Positions 11,865 through 24,969 of a DNA stretch of 64,000 nucleotides are shown here, piece after piece (position 1 is the stretch's first letter; every line of letters begins with the position of its first letter). The translations under genes were made by a program, and so were the position numbers. The DNA lies in assembly GCF_006345805.1 (NCBI RefSeq), contig NC_043001.1, forward strand, positions 38,316,001-38,380,000, given 5' to 3'. Source of the stretch: Octopus sinensis (Eukaryota). The notes beneath the pieces were generated by a model. It saw nothing but the letters and a program-made list of their open reading frames with translations, searched no databases and was not told where the DNA came from.

Positions 11865-13468
11865 CCTTTTAGTGTTCGGATTAATTTGTCAAATGTAATG
11901 CTTATCTGATCACATTAATTTTGATTTATTCAGGTTCAAGTTTTGTGTCCACAATATTTGCTTGTAACTTTAATTTTCTACATACAGATTTGAAATTTTG
12001 CAAATAGGTGCTTATATGCCAGTGGTTTATAGTTACATAATTTTAGCTGATCTTTCTCATCATCATTATCGTTTAATGGCCGCTTTCCATGCTAGCATGG
12101 GTTGGCCGATTTGACCGAGGACTGGCAAACCAAATGGCTGCACCAGGCTCCAATCTTGATCTGGCAGAGTTTCTACAGCTGGATGCCCTAAAACCTGTCT
12201 TTTGTCTTTGAAAGCCGTAGTTAATAAATTTTCCTTTTGCATTTGTAAAATGTCCCCTCTTGTTTTTAATTTTGTTTTCATTTCACTGGGACAGTCAAAA
12301 TAGAGGTGTCGCGCTGATGGTGAAATGGTTCAGTAAAATACTATACTACATCATGTCCCAATCCATTTGGTCTGTTTCTATTATATTTTTTACCTATGTA
12401 AACATTAAAGTTTACACAATATCCAGTGTCTGGTTTACAAACTTCCCATACCTTGATCCGCCATTTAGTGGATTTGGCAGGCATGTACTGCTGAAAATGT
12501 ACTCTGCCCTTATAGCCAATCATGTTTTCATCTACACTGAGATTTTCCCCTGGTAAATACAGTTTTATAATTATTTACAAGTAAATCAATTACAGGACGT
12601 ATTTGGTACAGGGGATTGTAGTTTGGTCGTTTTTGTTGGGGGCATTAGCAGAATCAATTAAATGGGAATATTGGGATATTTTCAAATACCTTATCTTCAA
12701 CATTATACTTGAGATATACTGATCACCTTAACTTATATCAGGACTCCAGTAGTTCCACAGTTGAGGAGGCTGTTTAACACCAAACATAATATTGACTGTG
12801 AAAAACACTCTCATTTCCGCAGTGTAAGTTGGCTGTCATAGTGGATCGTTTCTTCCATGAATAGAAATTATACGTTGTGCATATTTGTTTGTTTCCTCCA
12901 TAACATTTAAAAAAAAACTTTCTGGTAAAAATAAAAATAGGTAGTCCAATGGTTGAGCATCAGGAGGTAAATTATGTTGTGGACTAGTGTTTTCTGTAAA
13001 ATCAGGAATAGTGATTGGTGTTGTAATCTTTGACCATATTGCTATGTTTACGATATCATTTTCATCACTTTCGTTCTCAAAATCCTCCCTGTCCAAATAT
13101 TCACTAATATTGATATCTGATTCATCTGAAGACAAAATAGTCTTGTTTTCATTTATATTTTCTATATTGCCAAGCGTAAAACCTTCAAAGTTGGAATCGC
13201 TACTTGCTGATGCCATTTCATTAAAAACTAAGGTACAGACTTCTCTTCAAACGTTGCAAAAACCATGTGGTCTAAACAACTTCACAGTATTTATACTTGA
13301 ATAAAGGCTGAAAAGGCTTCATCTTGCATTATCTCAAAGCTACAAGAATTCAATAATGTGATCTGTTTATTTTTTTAGCAATTTCGTAGAGCAGTCGGAT
13401 ATGGCCGGATTTGGCCAGTTTGAACAAATAGAGGGGAATTAGTTTTGGCCAGTTTGAATGCTGAAGGG
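11865..13468 (-). mobile_element. Internally deleted piggyBac element (copy B), 1604 bp, TTAA on both sides
   Basis: TTAA at 11861-11864 and 13469-13472; TIRs CCTTTTAGTGTTC / CCCTTCAGCATTC; transposase pieces MASASSDSNFEGF (12836-13216), MIGYKGRVHFQQYMPAK.TKW.IKVW (12341-12523), RGDILQ...TAFKDKRQV. Confidence 0.92.
12061..12190. mobile_element. Fragment of a common octopus repeat nested in piggyBac copy B
   Basis: catcattatcgtttaatggccgctttccatgctagcatgggttgg...gtttctacagctggatgccc interrupts the transposase remnant. Confidence 0.55.
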
Positions 13469-13914
13469 TTAAGATTAATCCTAGATAACAGTATTGTTTA
13501 CTACTGCAGGTATCCCTTCCTGAGAATTATATATCAAACCTGAAAATTATTTTGTTCTGTGTCTTTTGTGCTTGTGGAAGAACTTAAATTGGATCAGCTA
13601 CTTATTGTCTAGCTTTAATAAAAGTGGTATTAGTGAATATATGGGGGTCTTGCAATGCTTCTCCTAAGTGGTCATAGTAATTATACTATTAGGCGAATGT
13701 ATCAGCTTTGCAGGTTTAGGTAATCATCATTGTTTTTAATGTCTACTTTTCCATGCATGCTTGGGCCACTTGGAATTTGTTGATATAGATTTTCTGCAAC
13801 CCCTTTCTGTTATTAACCTTTACCTGTTCCAAGCAAGCTAATATTTCTCATAACCAGACATGTTTTTCACAGATTGAAAGCAAAACATCACTCATTACAG
13901 CCATAATGTGATGT

Positions 13915-14066
13915 CAAGACATGACAGACGTCTTTCAATTTCCAAATCTACTCACAAGGCTTTGGTTGGCCCTGGGTTTTAGAAGACATTTACCCAAGGT
14001 ATTTCACTGTGGGAATCAACCTGAAACTGCACAGTTGGGAAGCATGCTTCTTAACCAGTTATGCAT
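13915..14066 (-). mobile_element. SINE family 1 fragment
   Basis: ccaaatctactcacaaggctttggttggccc...gaagacatttacccaagg is the reverse complement of the family-1 core. Confidence 0.75.
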
Positions 14067-14338
14067 AAATTACTCAGTCAATCAACCCAACAAATTGGCT
14101 ATATTGTATTAACGAGAATTTCTCATTGTTGAACTACTGTCAAGTTTAAAAGTTTATAAGTTTAAAATCAGATACTGGAGACTTCAGACAAAAACCCCAC
14201 CAGAATAAATTGTTGCTGTACATTTGTTTGCCTGTTAATTGTGATGTGAAGTATAAATGTAATATGTGTTTACTTATGTATGAGAAAACATTTGCTTGTT
14301 TGGTTTTTGTTAAAATTGTTACAATTTTGTTCTTTCAG

Positions 14339-14427
14339 AATCGAAGAGAATTGAACAGAGTGGAGGATATGTCTTTGCAAATATTAATGTGCCATCATCA
14401 TTCAACTTCGGCCAGATGGGTCCTTGA
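14339..14427 (+). CDS. IPO7: Importin-7 terminal coding exon: ESKRIEQSGGYVFANINVPSSFNFGQMGP*
   Basis: tttcag acceptor; conserved ESK.IE..GGY.F...VPSSFNFG C-terminus; TGA at 14425-14427. Confidence 0.96.
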
Positions 14428-15393
14428 ATCTTCTCTGATTGCTGGTGTATCACAAAGAAACTGTTTTTTTGCCAATGGACTTCTGTTATGCCAGCAACTA
14501 TTCATGTACATACCTGTAAACAATGCCAAATGGCAAGTCTTTATTGCAAAACCTGAAACTTTGCTATTGGGCCTAACTGGCTCAGTAGGATTGGCTGCTG
14601 CTTTCTCTTCCTCTTATGTTAGATATTTTATTTCCTCATTTATCATTTATGAATATTTTCATTTTATTAGCTTCTAATTTGCTCTTAACACCTATGTCTT
14701 GTCACCACTTCTGCTCTATTACCTCCTATTCCTTTCCACTTCTTTTATCAAACAGTCCTTTTTTTCTGTTCTGCTAGACCCTCCTCAGTTTTGTTCTTCA
14801 CAATCTCTCTTCTCATTTTCCCCCCATAATACTTCATGCCACTGTTGATTCTCAGTGGAGAAAGTTTTTAATTGTTAGAAACTTTTATTTAAAACAGTTC
14901 TTATGGATTAACAATGGTTCATTTACTTCAAATCTTTTTTGTTTGACCTTTCTGTATGCTATCTTTCATTTCATTCCATTTTATTTATTGTTTTGATTTT
15001 TACTTTTCCCTATATTTGATTTCTCCTGAAATCTACAATTTAAAAAGAAAAAGCCATCTCTAGCTACAAAAACACAGCCAAATCCTATTGACTTAATTAT
15101 ATTTTTAAGCTCCTATCAACTTGTTGCCTTTCTCTCTAGTGTGATTGCTTTGTTTGTTGGAATGATTTGCAATGAGACTTAATTTTATTTTTAAACACCC
15201 TCCCACAACACAACAACAAAATTTCCATAAAAATTAAAACAATATATATTACATACCGAAGAAAGCCTGAAGCAGTCGACTACCCCCTCCTCACAAATAT
15301 TTTGTTATGGATTTCTTCACAAACAGTAATTTTATTTGATAATAGGCAATTTTTGTTATATTATACACATGCTGTACACATACATGTGTGTAT

Positions 15394-15428
<35 letters not shown>

Positions 15429-15434
15429 CACACA

Positions 15435-15489
<55 letters not shown>

Positions 15490-17890
15490 GGCATAATATT
15501 CATATTTTGACTGGTATTGTTTACTATTGTAATGACGTTCAATGTCTATGTTGATCAGGTACTGAACTTGTGTAAACTCCTAAAGTTCATTTCCTGCTGC
15601 AAGCATTGCATTGTATCTTTAGGTCATGATACCTAAAGTTTTATGCCTCATTAAGCTAATATTATAATTTATTCTTTATTGTCATAATATGAATATATAT
15701 ATCCCTCTCCCAATTCGATGCCTTCTGGTTTCAGTTCATTCTTTATTTGAATTTTTTGTGCTGAAATTGAAGTGTGAAAATATTTAGGTCATCTGAATAT
15801 TTAGAATATGTATAGTAAAGTGGTAGGATGTTTTACTCTACATTTTCCAAGACATCTATCAATGAAAGAACCCTTGGAAATGTCCAGTTAATTGCTGCTA
15901 CTTATCTAATTATGTACGAGCAGCTCATTAAGAATAATGATAGCTTGTTAGCTTGCTTTCCATGTTAACCTACAATATCTATTGTCATTGTTTTGTTTTC
16001 TACAACTTCTCCATGCTACTAGTAGATTTCAGGAAGGCAGTGCGCTTATTGTCTTGTTGGGTGGAGGACATTAGTTTACATCCTTGAATTTAGTTACCTG
16101 AATTTACGACTTTTGAGTTTAATTTGCCATTTCTCCGAATTTGTGTCTTGAAATAGGTTACTTCCCTTTTTGCTTTTTTTTGATAGTTTGTTTTATATAC
16201 ACACACACGTCACTGATACCTTTTGATGGTTATTTTTTATTTGATTAATCAACTGTTGGATCTTGTTTCTTATATGCAATACAAAAAGTTTACATCTTAG
16301 ATTATACTGACATTTAGAAGTAAGATATCTAGAATTAGAGGAGTATTCTGCTGTTTGTGAATATTTAAAATATCATGTACTTAAATTAACAATGCAATTT
16401 TCCTGTCATTCCACCCACTAGGATCTTGTTTTGCATTTATGTTATTCTGTAGAAACATCTCCAGTTTAGATTTTGCAAAATGAGGTAAAAGTTTACTTTC
16501 TTTTGCATTGATAACAAAATAACATTTTCCTGCAACTTCAATATTTAGGCATTTGTAATTTTTTACTCTAATTTTGTCTTTCTTAAAAGACTAGAATGTA
16601 TTAATAGTTTTAGTAGGTGAGACTAATGATACTTTTTGAGGATGTTTGCCACAAAGTTGTTTCATGCTTAAGTGAAAGTTTTTCACACTTTTCATTTTGT
16701 GGCTATTTTCTTGATATGCAAAAGTCTTTTTCAACAAATGATAATGTTAAGTAGGTTTTTTATTTCATAGTTTGTGTGTGTGTACTCGTTTATTATTATA
16801 ATTTGTTTTAGCATGGATTATTATTATTGTCAAAGGTGTTTCTTAAGTTAACTGTTTTTAAAACTCTTCTGGAAAATGTCAATATTATGGAATTGTTTAA
16901 CCTTTCTTCAAATCACCCAAGGATGCAATCTGATTCAGCTCTGTACATTTAGCCTTCATAGTATGGGTCTTTCTCTAATATGTTTATTCTGCAGTACAGT
17001 ATGGAAGCAAGGAGTTTTCATTGACTGCCTTTGGTTGTTAAAGGGTTGAAAAAGATTTTTTTTGCCTATTTTATTGAAATCTCTGGGGGGAAGGGGTGAC
17101 AATGTTAGATTTCTTTTTTGTTGCATATAATCCCCTTGGTCAAATAGTTTGGGATTGATTTGCAAGATACCAAAAAATCATTATCACGTTGATAAATTTA
17201 ATTGGCAACGATGAAGTTCATTTTTTTGAAAATTTGTAAATATTTATATACATATGTATCTTCACAATTTACCAAGATGAACTGAAATTTCTCTCCTCAC
17301 TTCCCTGTCCTATGGCCATGCTAATCTGATGTATACTAAAAGGAAGATAACTTAAACATTTTCAATTCTCTTCCACATGTGTATAAAATGTGGGAATTAA
17401 ATTAGCTCCATTCAGTGGCATTGAAACATTTTTCTAATTTCTTAGTATTAAGATAAATATTTTTCATCTTAGTCTCAGAATAATATTGTATAAAGTTGTT
17501 TGATAACTCATCATGTTATCACTGACAGCTGCTAGCAATTTAGTAACAAGCCATAAACTGGTTCATCAGTAAATTTCCCCGTAGAAAACATTTAACACCC
17601 CCTAAAGTTTTTTTTTTATTGGCAATTTCAACCAGTTTTTGTGTATTTTCTTAACTTTTCCACTTCAAGGTGTAGACACTTTATATCTTTACTTCAGTTA
17701 CAGAAAACAATGAAACATTAGGATCAGCACAGGTTATGTTTTGTGCAATTTGCGACTCTGTTGATTAGAGTGCACCGGTCAGTCCACAGCCAATAGAAGT
17801 TTGGAGTTGCTTTTTGGTACTTATGGAAGTCATTATTCATGGGATATGAATAATGGACTAATGAATAAATAATATTTTTTTATATACAAT
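14428..17890 (+). other. Probable long 3' UTR of IPO7 (end uncertain)
   Basis: U-rich, no recognisable TE fragments; AATAAA at 17864, with further candidates near 19166 and 19551. Confidence 0.4.
15395..15487. repeat. (CA)n microsatellite in putative 3' UTR
   Basis: About 90 bp of near-perfect CA repeat. Confidence 0.95.
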
Positions 17891-20484
17891 ATGAAAAAAA
17901 GTTTAAAAAAATTACCAAGAAAACATAGTTCCACCAATTTTTTTTTAAATTGGTTAAGATTTGTTGTTCTTGACATTTGTGTACAGGGAACAGGTATTCA
18001 GCCAGTTCTTAATGACATTGACAATATGCCATATACTGAAATTGTCCACCTATTGGCTGAAAAAGATGTCTGTGATAAATTAAGAGATTTAAATTATATA
18101 AAAAAAATCTTAACAAAAATATGGCAATTTATGGCTTCAATGTTGATAGATTTGATTTTTTTTTTTTTTTTTTTTTTTCAAGTATGGCAGGTTTATAAAA
18201 AAATGAAATTTAAGCCCTGCTCATTTTTGAAGCTATTGAATATTGCTGGATGTATATGCAATATTCGAATCCTATATGTCTAAAAAAGTTATATATGTGG
18301 TGTGTATGTATATATGTGTATGCAGACACTCACACATGTAAGTATTAAATTTTGCTAATGTAGTTACTTGATTACAAGTAAACATGTAACATATAAAATA
18401 CCACCCTCCACAAATGTAGACTTTTGAAAGTGTCTACTAGTTTAAAACATTGGTTTGTAGAGCCATATGATGTGACGTTCATCATCCCCCGCCCCTATTT
18501 TATTTCTTTACAATTTAGTTTCATAACTTATCTCTCCTTCGAACACTTGCTTGCATTTTTTCTCCTCTTTATGACTAACAATGTTGGTAGTAGAGAGTGA
18601 GAGTGTGTATATGTGTGTGTGTGGGTGGGAGAGTGAGTGTGTGTGTGTGAAGAAGAGAGAGAGAAGCTATGTGTATGTGTGTGTTCATGAAAGATTTAAT
18701 CTGTGATAGCTGTTGAAGTTGGGGCTGTGATTGCTCCCATGGAAAACCTGGTTCTTATTCTTTTAGACCTGGTTCAGTTGATTGGTTCAATTGACTCTAC
18801 ATTACTGGCTGATCTGCCACCAATCCAACTGTTTTCTATTGTTGTTGCTGCTGCTGCTACAATATTACAACAACTGTTACTATTATTAATGATATATAAA
18901 GTATGAAGACCGTCACTACCATTACCATTGTTGCTGTCGCTGCCTTTGTAAATCTTTGATGCCTGGTTTATTACTGTTCTCAGCTAGTCATCACATCCAG
19001 ATAATTATTTTTTATCCTGCTTCTAGATTAGGACCACCACCACCACTACCACCACCACCAACACCACTACTACTCTACTACTACTACTATTACTACTCTA
19101 CTACTACTACTACTACTACTCTGTATCAGTGATGATAACACTGAGTGATGTTAAGTACTGATCTTCTGCAAATAAAATTCTTTTAAAGATTGTTCTTATG
19201 CTTGTTTTCTCTTGTTTACATTTTAAATCTCTGCATTATTTCATTTGTCTCTTCCAAATATTTTATTTCTTCATTTATTTTATATTTTGTTTCTAACTTT
19301 CTTGAGATCTGATGCATATCTGGATATATTATTATATCCACTCAAAAATTTTGTTACCTTAAATGTGGAAAGCAGTTTTATAGGATGGGAATAAGGCAAA
19401 ATGAGTAATATTTACTGAATATTTGACTAAGAAAAAATTTTTTTTATTATAAATGTTCATTGCATTACAAAAACTATATCAGCTAAACAAATGACCTCTA
19501 AATTAGCTCTAATTGAGTGTATGAAAGACAAATTTAGGCGGGGTAAAATGAATAAAACAAAGGTAAATTTGTTTCTTTAATTTTCTAGAATTACATTTGA
19601 AAAGACTTATACATTAGTATCATCCTTAGACATCAGAAATACTGCAAAAATTTTGAAATGTCTCTGTCAGATGAAAGAATTTTTGGAAAATGGTACAAGA
19701 TTAATGAAACTCGACTAAATCTAAAACCTCAAAGTATATTTTCTAGTTTCTGCTCGATCTGCTGGAGTGGCTCCCTTCCTGATATGGTGACAGATATGCT
19801 GTTGAAAAGAAATTATAGAAATTGGTCATTACTCATTTTATCACACTTTAGACGTTTCATGAAAATTGAAAATTATCAAATTAAACAATAATGCGGAGAA
19901 AAAAAATCGACTTGGAATCGAACAGAGAAAAGAATTTTGATTTTTAAACAATAAAAATTATCCAGATATCTTATTTGTAACCTTAATTACAATCAGGTCA
20001 AAATTTCTTTGAAAAAAAAAAGAAGTACGTTAGTTGACTGTTTCTAAACTCAACAATGCTGACCAAATTTACTCCTGAAAATGATGCTGCAGTACTTGCA
20101 ATATAATGGTTCCAAGTAAGGAAGAAAGTAACAAGAAACCAAAAAATTACACATTTGAGATACTTTTTTTTTCTATTTTTGTTGTTGTTGATATTTCGTT
20201 GAATAACCATGGAGTTAAATTCTGCAATTAAAGGGTTAAGAGGAATAGAGTAATTTGTTGTTTGAATGTGCTGAAAATCAAATGTTGGTCATGAATCTAA
20301 ATGTTATGAGATTTGCATAGCCATGGATAGTTTTTGAGGCAGATATTTAAGTTGACACTGATTTTTTTCCATCTGTATGAAGCGAATACAACTGGAAAAA
20401 AAAAATGTTTTAAAAATATGTTTAGTTTGAAAATGAAGGTATAGATCTCTTTTACGGAGCTTACTTAACTGGAAGAAAAGTTTA

Positions 20485-20721
20485 TATTTCTTTACTACCC
20501 ACAAGGGGCTAAACACAGAGAAGACAAACTAGGACAGACAAACGGATTAAGTCGATTATATCGACCCCAGTGCGTAACTGGTACTTAATTTATCGACCCC
20601 GAAAGGATGAAAGGCAAAGTCGACCACGGCGGAATTTGAACTTAGAACGTAACGGCAGACGAAATACCGCTAAACATTTCCGACGTGCTAACGTTTCTGC
20701 CAGCTCGCCGCCTTGGAAGAA
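20485..20721 (-). mobile_element. tRNA-derived SINE family 2 with 18-bp target-site duplication
   Basis: Minus strand begins ggcggcgagctggcagaaacgttagc (A-box) with gttcaaattccgcc (B-box); aactggaagaaaagttta at 20467-20484 and 20722-20739. Confidence 0.9.
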
Positions 20722-21315
20722 AACTGGAAGAAAAGTTTAGAGAGGGAGTTCTATAATGGTGTAGTTTTGATGGTGAAAGCTTCAATACCGAGATAGTTGG
20801 GTCGATGAAATCGAGTGAGAGTATGTAGGGGTAGTAGTTTACGGCGAATATACTATGTAGTCCTCATGGTTACCAGGTAATTGAAGATTTATAAATCAGT
20901 CTGTTACCTTAAATAATATTGTATTTAAAAAAAAAATTCGGCTTAGGATGTTCTTATGTGTATTAGTTCTGTGCTTAGATCGGTGGATGCACTTACATCT
21001 ACAGGCAACTGGTGTGTAATAGCTGATTCGTTTATAAGTGTACATCGCTTACAATGTTTTAAGTTGTGTAACTCAAGGCACAGTGTAATGGAGCACATAT
21101 GGAAATGCAGTTTGTCAACTGAATTGCTAAGCACGTCCAGATCTGTTTCTTTTTCTCGTCGTATCACGTCTTGCTTAGCTGAATCTATTTTGTGAACCAT
21201 CTTGGGTTAACATTTGGTTCTGTTGTGCATTGCTGAGTTTCATTGCAAACGTTAATGTGTTTTTATTTCATTTTCGTTCATAAAGGATTTTGTAACATTT
21301 TAATTGTTAATTATC

Positions 21316-21680
21316 CTCTTTTATACTTGTTTCACTCATTGAACTGCAGCCATGCTGGAGTACCGCCTTAAAGCGGTATAGTTGAACAAATGGACCCAGT
21401 ACTTATTTGTAACTCTGATACTTATTCAGTCTGCCCCCCCTTTTTTTGCCGAAACTCCAAGTTATGGGGACGTAAACTAACCACCACCGGTTGTCAAGCG
21501 GTGGTGGGAATAGACACACAAAATATCTACATATATGACGTGCTTCCGGTTTCCGTCTACCAAATTCAGCCAGTGCTGAAGTGGAAGACTCTTGCCCAAG
21601 GTGCCGTGCAGCGGGATTGAACCCAAAACCACATGGTTGGGAAGCAAGTTTCTTAATCACACAGGCATAGTTGCGCCTAT
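21316..21680 (-). mobile_element. SINE family 1
   Basis: Family-1 head (ataggcgc), cttgggcaag core and gaaacaagtataaaagag tail on the minus strand. Confidence 0.85.
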
Positions 21681-22369
21681 CAATACAGCCATGTTTTAAA
21701 GCAACATTTTTAATATTAATTTCTCAAAGACTAACGTCAAATCTCAGAAACAAGGCAAAAACAAGCAAACATGACACTGTCCATAATTTACGAGGCTATA
21801 TAGAAAATGGATGGATCTAATTGGATCAAATTACAAAAAAAAATTTTAAACCTTAATGGTTCGTAAGTTTATTAATTTCTATAAAAAGAAAAAAAGAAAA
21901 GATTGATTTTCGTAATTGGCATTTAAAACATTTGTATCGCAATTTTCAATACAATCGGTATCAGCATGTCAAATCGAAAACAACCCAGAAATATAACTAT
22001 ATTTTGCATTTAAAATATAGAATTTTGTTTTGATTAAATCGTTACAGGATCCAGTGGTAATTGGCATTGCACACACATGGACATCTAAGCGTAAAGAATC
22101 GCCTTATAACGGCTCGCTAAACTATAGCTATTTACAAGCATCATGAATAAAACCTATATTTAACTTCAGAGCTACCTTTCGTTCGGAACAGAAATGACGT
22201 AAGAACCTGTATAATCGAACGGACGTTGCAAAACAATTCAACAGACTGTTACAATAGACAGATAATAGAACAAAATCTCATTTAACACAACCGGTTATTC
22301 CTTCAACAGTTACCTCACAGTTATCGACGTGGTACTTTTGCAAACCTTTGTGCTCAAGTCGAAGATGAG

Positions 22370-23700
22370 CTTGCAAGTAGGATGTGCTGTACAATTTCTA
22401 GAAAAGATTGTGGCGGCAATAGCTCTAAGAAACAACTGTATTAGCTATGTTTACGTTGGCGGACTTTGGCAAATAATAAACTAATAAAAAAATCTTTCCA
22501 GCTCCACCTGAACATCAAAGTAGTAGCTTCTTGCCGAACCCCGTCAAAAGTAACAGGAAAGATTGTCCTTTGATATGTAGTGACTTTAGATTCATTATCA
22601 TTGACAAACGCTACTAATGCGACAAAATTTCTGTTGCTAGATTCTTAACTTCTGTGTAATTAGGTTGAGAGAAGCCATATTTTTAAAGTTCTTGGTTATT
22701 TAATATTTGCGATCATCGATAAAAACAGAATTGTAGGTTTCATCTGTAAATTCTATTTCTCTGCCGAGATTTATCAAGTAAGCTTCATGCTGGAAATCTT
22801 TGTCAACGCCTTTATGATACATGAGCAAAAGCTGAAGCGGATTGGATGGCTCATGACATTTTAGCAGCATAGCAAAAAGAAGTCTAAAACTCTTGGCTGG
22901 TTGAGATACTTAAATTTCTATGTTGCATACTACTGAGTACCATTCTCCCGCAATCTAAGTATAAAACATGTTCCACTGAATGTGATGCAAAGTTCGCCAT
23001 TGATTACTCGAAAATCTAGAAACGAACTTAAACATTTTAAGAACCTTTAGAAACATTCTTGTTGATTGGCGTGTAATTAAAAGGTCAATATATGCTACTT
23101 CCTTTAATTGCTGCAGATTGAAATACTAGCATTGAATCTTATTAAACGGAACTAATAAAATAGACATATCAGTGTAATAAGTTACTTTACTTGCAATGTA
23201 AAACAACGAATAAATAATCATTTATGACCTAAGCATAATTTTGGAACAGTTTTTAGAACAATACACGTTTGTTTTATATACTGAAAGCGTATATTCTAGA
23301 AATTGTTAAAAAAATTTGCTCTGATCATCCTCATTTTGTGCACTAATGGAATATGATCTAAAGCTATTGTTTAGGTTAGTTAATTTCTCTTTTATTTTCA
23401 CAAATAGAATACAATTACAAATTTATTTCGCATTTGCACGCAAATGTGAAGTGCTAAAGAAAAAACAAAAAGCATATAGTGTTTTGCTACCAGTCCTGTT
23501 ATCAGAAGTCGGTTAATGATCTCATCAGATTAGAATGATGGTACGATGATTAACTTGATGACAAGATACAAAGCATTTGACTCGTAGCATAAAATTGAAC
23601 AAATGATTAAGATTAGGCTCCAGACGTTATTGGTAATCTGCACGTTTTCTGTTAAAGGTAAGACCTCATTTCTGCTATCACATCCAATAACTTCAGTTAT
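22370..23700 (-). pseudogene. Helitron Rep/PIF1-helicase remnant (many stops and frameshifts)
   Basis: Manual minus-strand translation: SFLDFRVINGELCITF..C..L.L.EN (GPTSFEDLRTVNG), FRLLFAMLLKCHEPSNPLQL, D.GGAGKIFL (Walker A), IAATIFSRNCTAHPTCKL (GIAATLLxGGRTAHS.FKL). Confidence 0.78.
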
Positions 23701-24010
23701 CTTATTTCCTGCATACCGATGCTAATTCTGTATGTAGTGCCTGACACAACGTTGTATTTGTTTTTAAAACTGAGAAAATGACGTCAAAGAGGAATTCAAC
23801 CGAGAAGCCCGACCATAACTCTATTCAGAAATAGAAGAATTTCGAACTTTTTCAAGAGTACAAAATCATAATTTTGACTTTTTCAAGAATACCGTAATCT
23901 CACAGTTTACAGGACCAGGTTCAGAAACTGAATAAAATTTATCAGTAGCCAAGGACACAGAAGTTTATTCAGAAACGGACCTTTTGAAATGAGCCCCAGA
24001 GCATACATTT

Positions 24011-24289
24011 ACTCTTTTACTTGTTTCAGTCATTTGACTGTGGCCATGCTGGAGTACCGTCTTTAGTCGAACAAATCGACCCCAGAACTTATTCTTTGCA
24101 AGCCTAGTACTTATTTTATCGGTATCTTTTGTCAATCCGCTAAGTTACGGGGGCTCAAACACACCAACATCGGTTGTCAAGCGATGGTGGGGGGGGGGGT
24201 CGGACACACTAAACATATACATACATGTCTTCTAGAGAACAATTCTTAATGGTTAAGATCATAGTGGTAAAAAAATTACCTCTTATATT

Positions 24290-24337
<48 letters not shown>

Positions 24338-24496
24338 CGACGTGGTTCTTTCAGTTTCCGTCTATCAAATCCACTCACAAGGCTTTGGTCGGCCCGAGGC
24401 TATAGTAAAAGACACTTGCCCAAGGTGCCACGCAGTGGGACTGAACCCGGAACCATGTAGTTAGGAAGCAACCTTCTTACAATACAGACACTCCTG
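24011..24496 (-). mobile_element. SINE family 1 with internal (TA)n expansion
   Basis: Tail actcttttacttgtttcagtcatttgactg, core gacacttgcccaaggtgccacgcagtgggactgaacc; (TA)n at 24294-24331. Confidence 0.9.
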
Positions 24497-24969
24497 GTGA
24501 CATATTTGTAACAGTTTCAGGAACTAAGGTGCAATTAATTAGGTTCACATCCTCATTCAGATGTGATACTTTAATTGACAGAATACTGAAAGACAATCAG
24601 TTACTGTAATTGAAAAGTATGGACAATCATGGTAAAGAAGGTGCACTTTTCTTGGTTATTTGTGAAATAATTGAATTTAGTGCAACAGAATATGTAATAT
24701 CTCTTTTCAAAGAAACAGCAGTTTATACAATTCAATGCTGTTCTTAAAAAATACATTTATCAAAAAACTGACTGAAAGAGCAAGAACACTAGGAAGCAAA
24801 CAAGGTTTATGAGCTGAGTTAGATTTTGTGAGAGGAGCTCGATGCAGAATATCTTATGTTGAAATCTATATGCACATTACATATTCTGGCACTCGCATTC
24901 AAAAACTCCCGTAAGTCAGTAGCAGAAATTCAACATACGAAAAGGCGGGATGACTTTCATATTACTGTA

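Noticed and set aside
29-14338. Intronic snoRNA in IPO7 (the vertebrate gene hosts an H/ACA snoRNA)
   Set aside because: No convincing C/D pair with terminal stem or double-hairpin H/ACA found by eye; needs an Infernal/snoReport scan
14210-14677. 155-aa ORF overlapping the last IPO7 exon
   Set aside because: Different frame from the conserved exon, starts in the intron, no recognisable motif
20640-20712. tRNA-like sequences (also 47418-47464 and 44480-44520)
   Set aside because: A/B boxes belong to SINE heads; no complete cloverleaf
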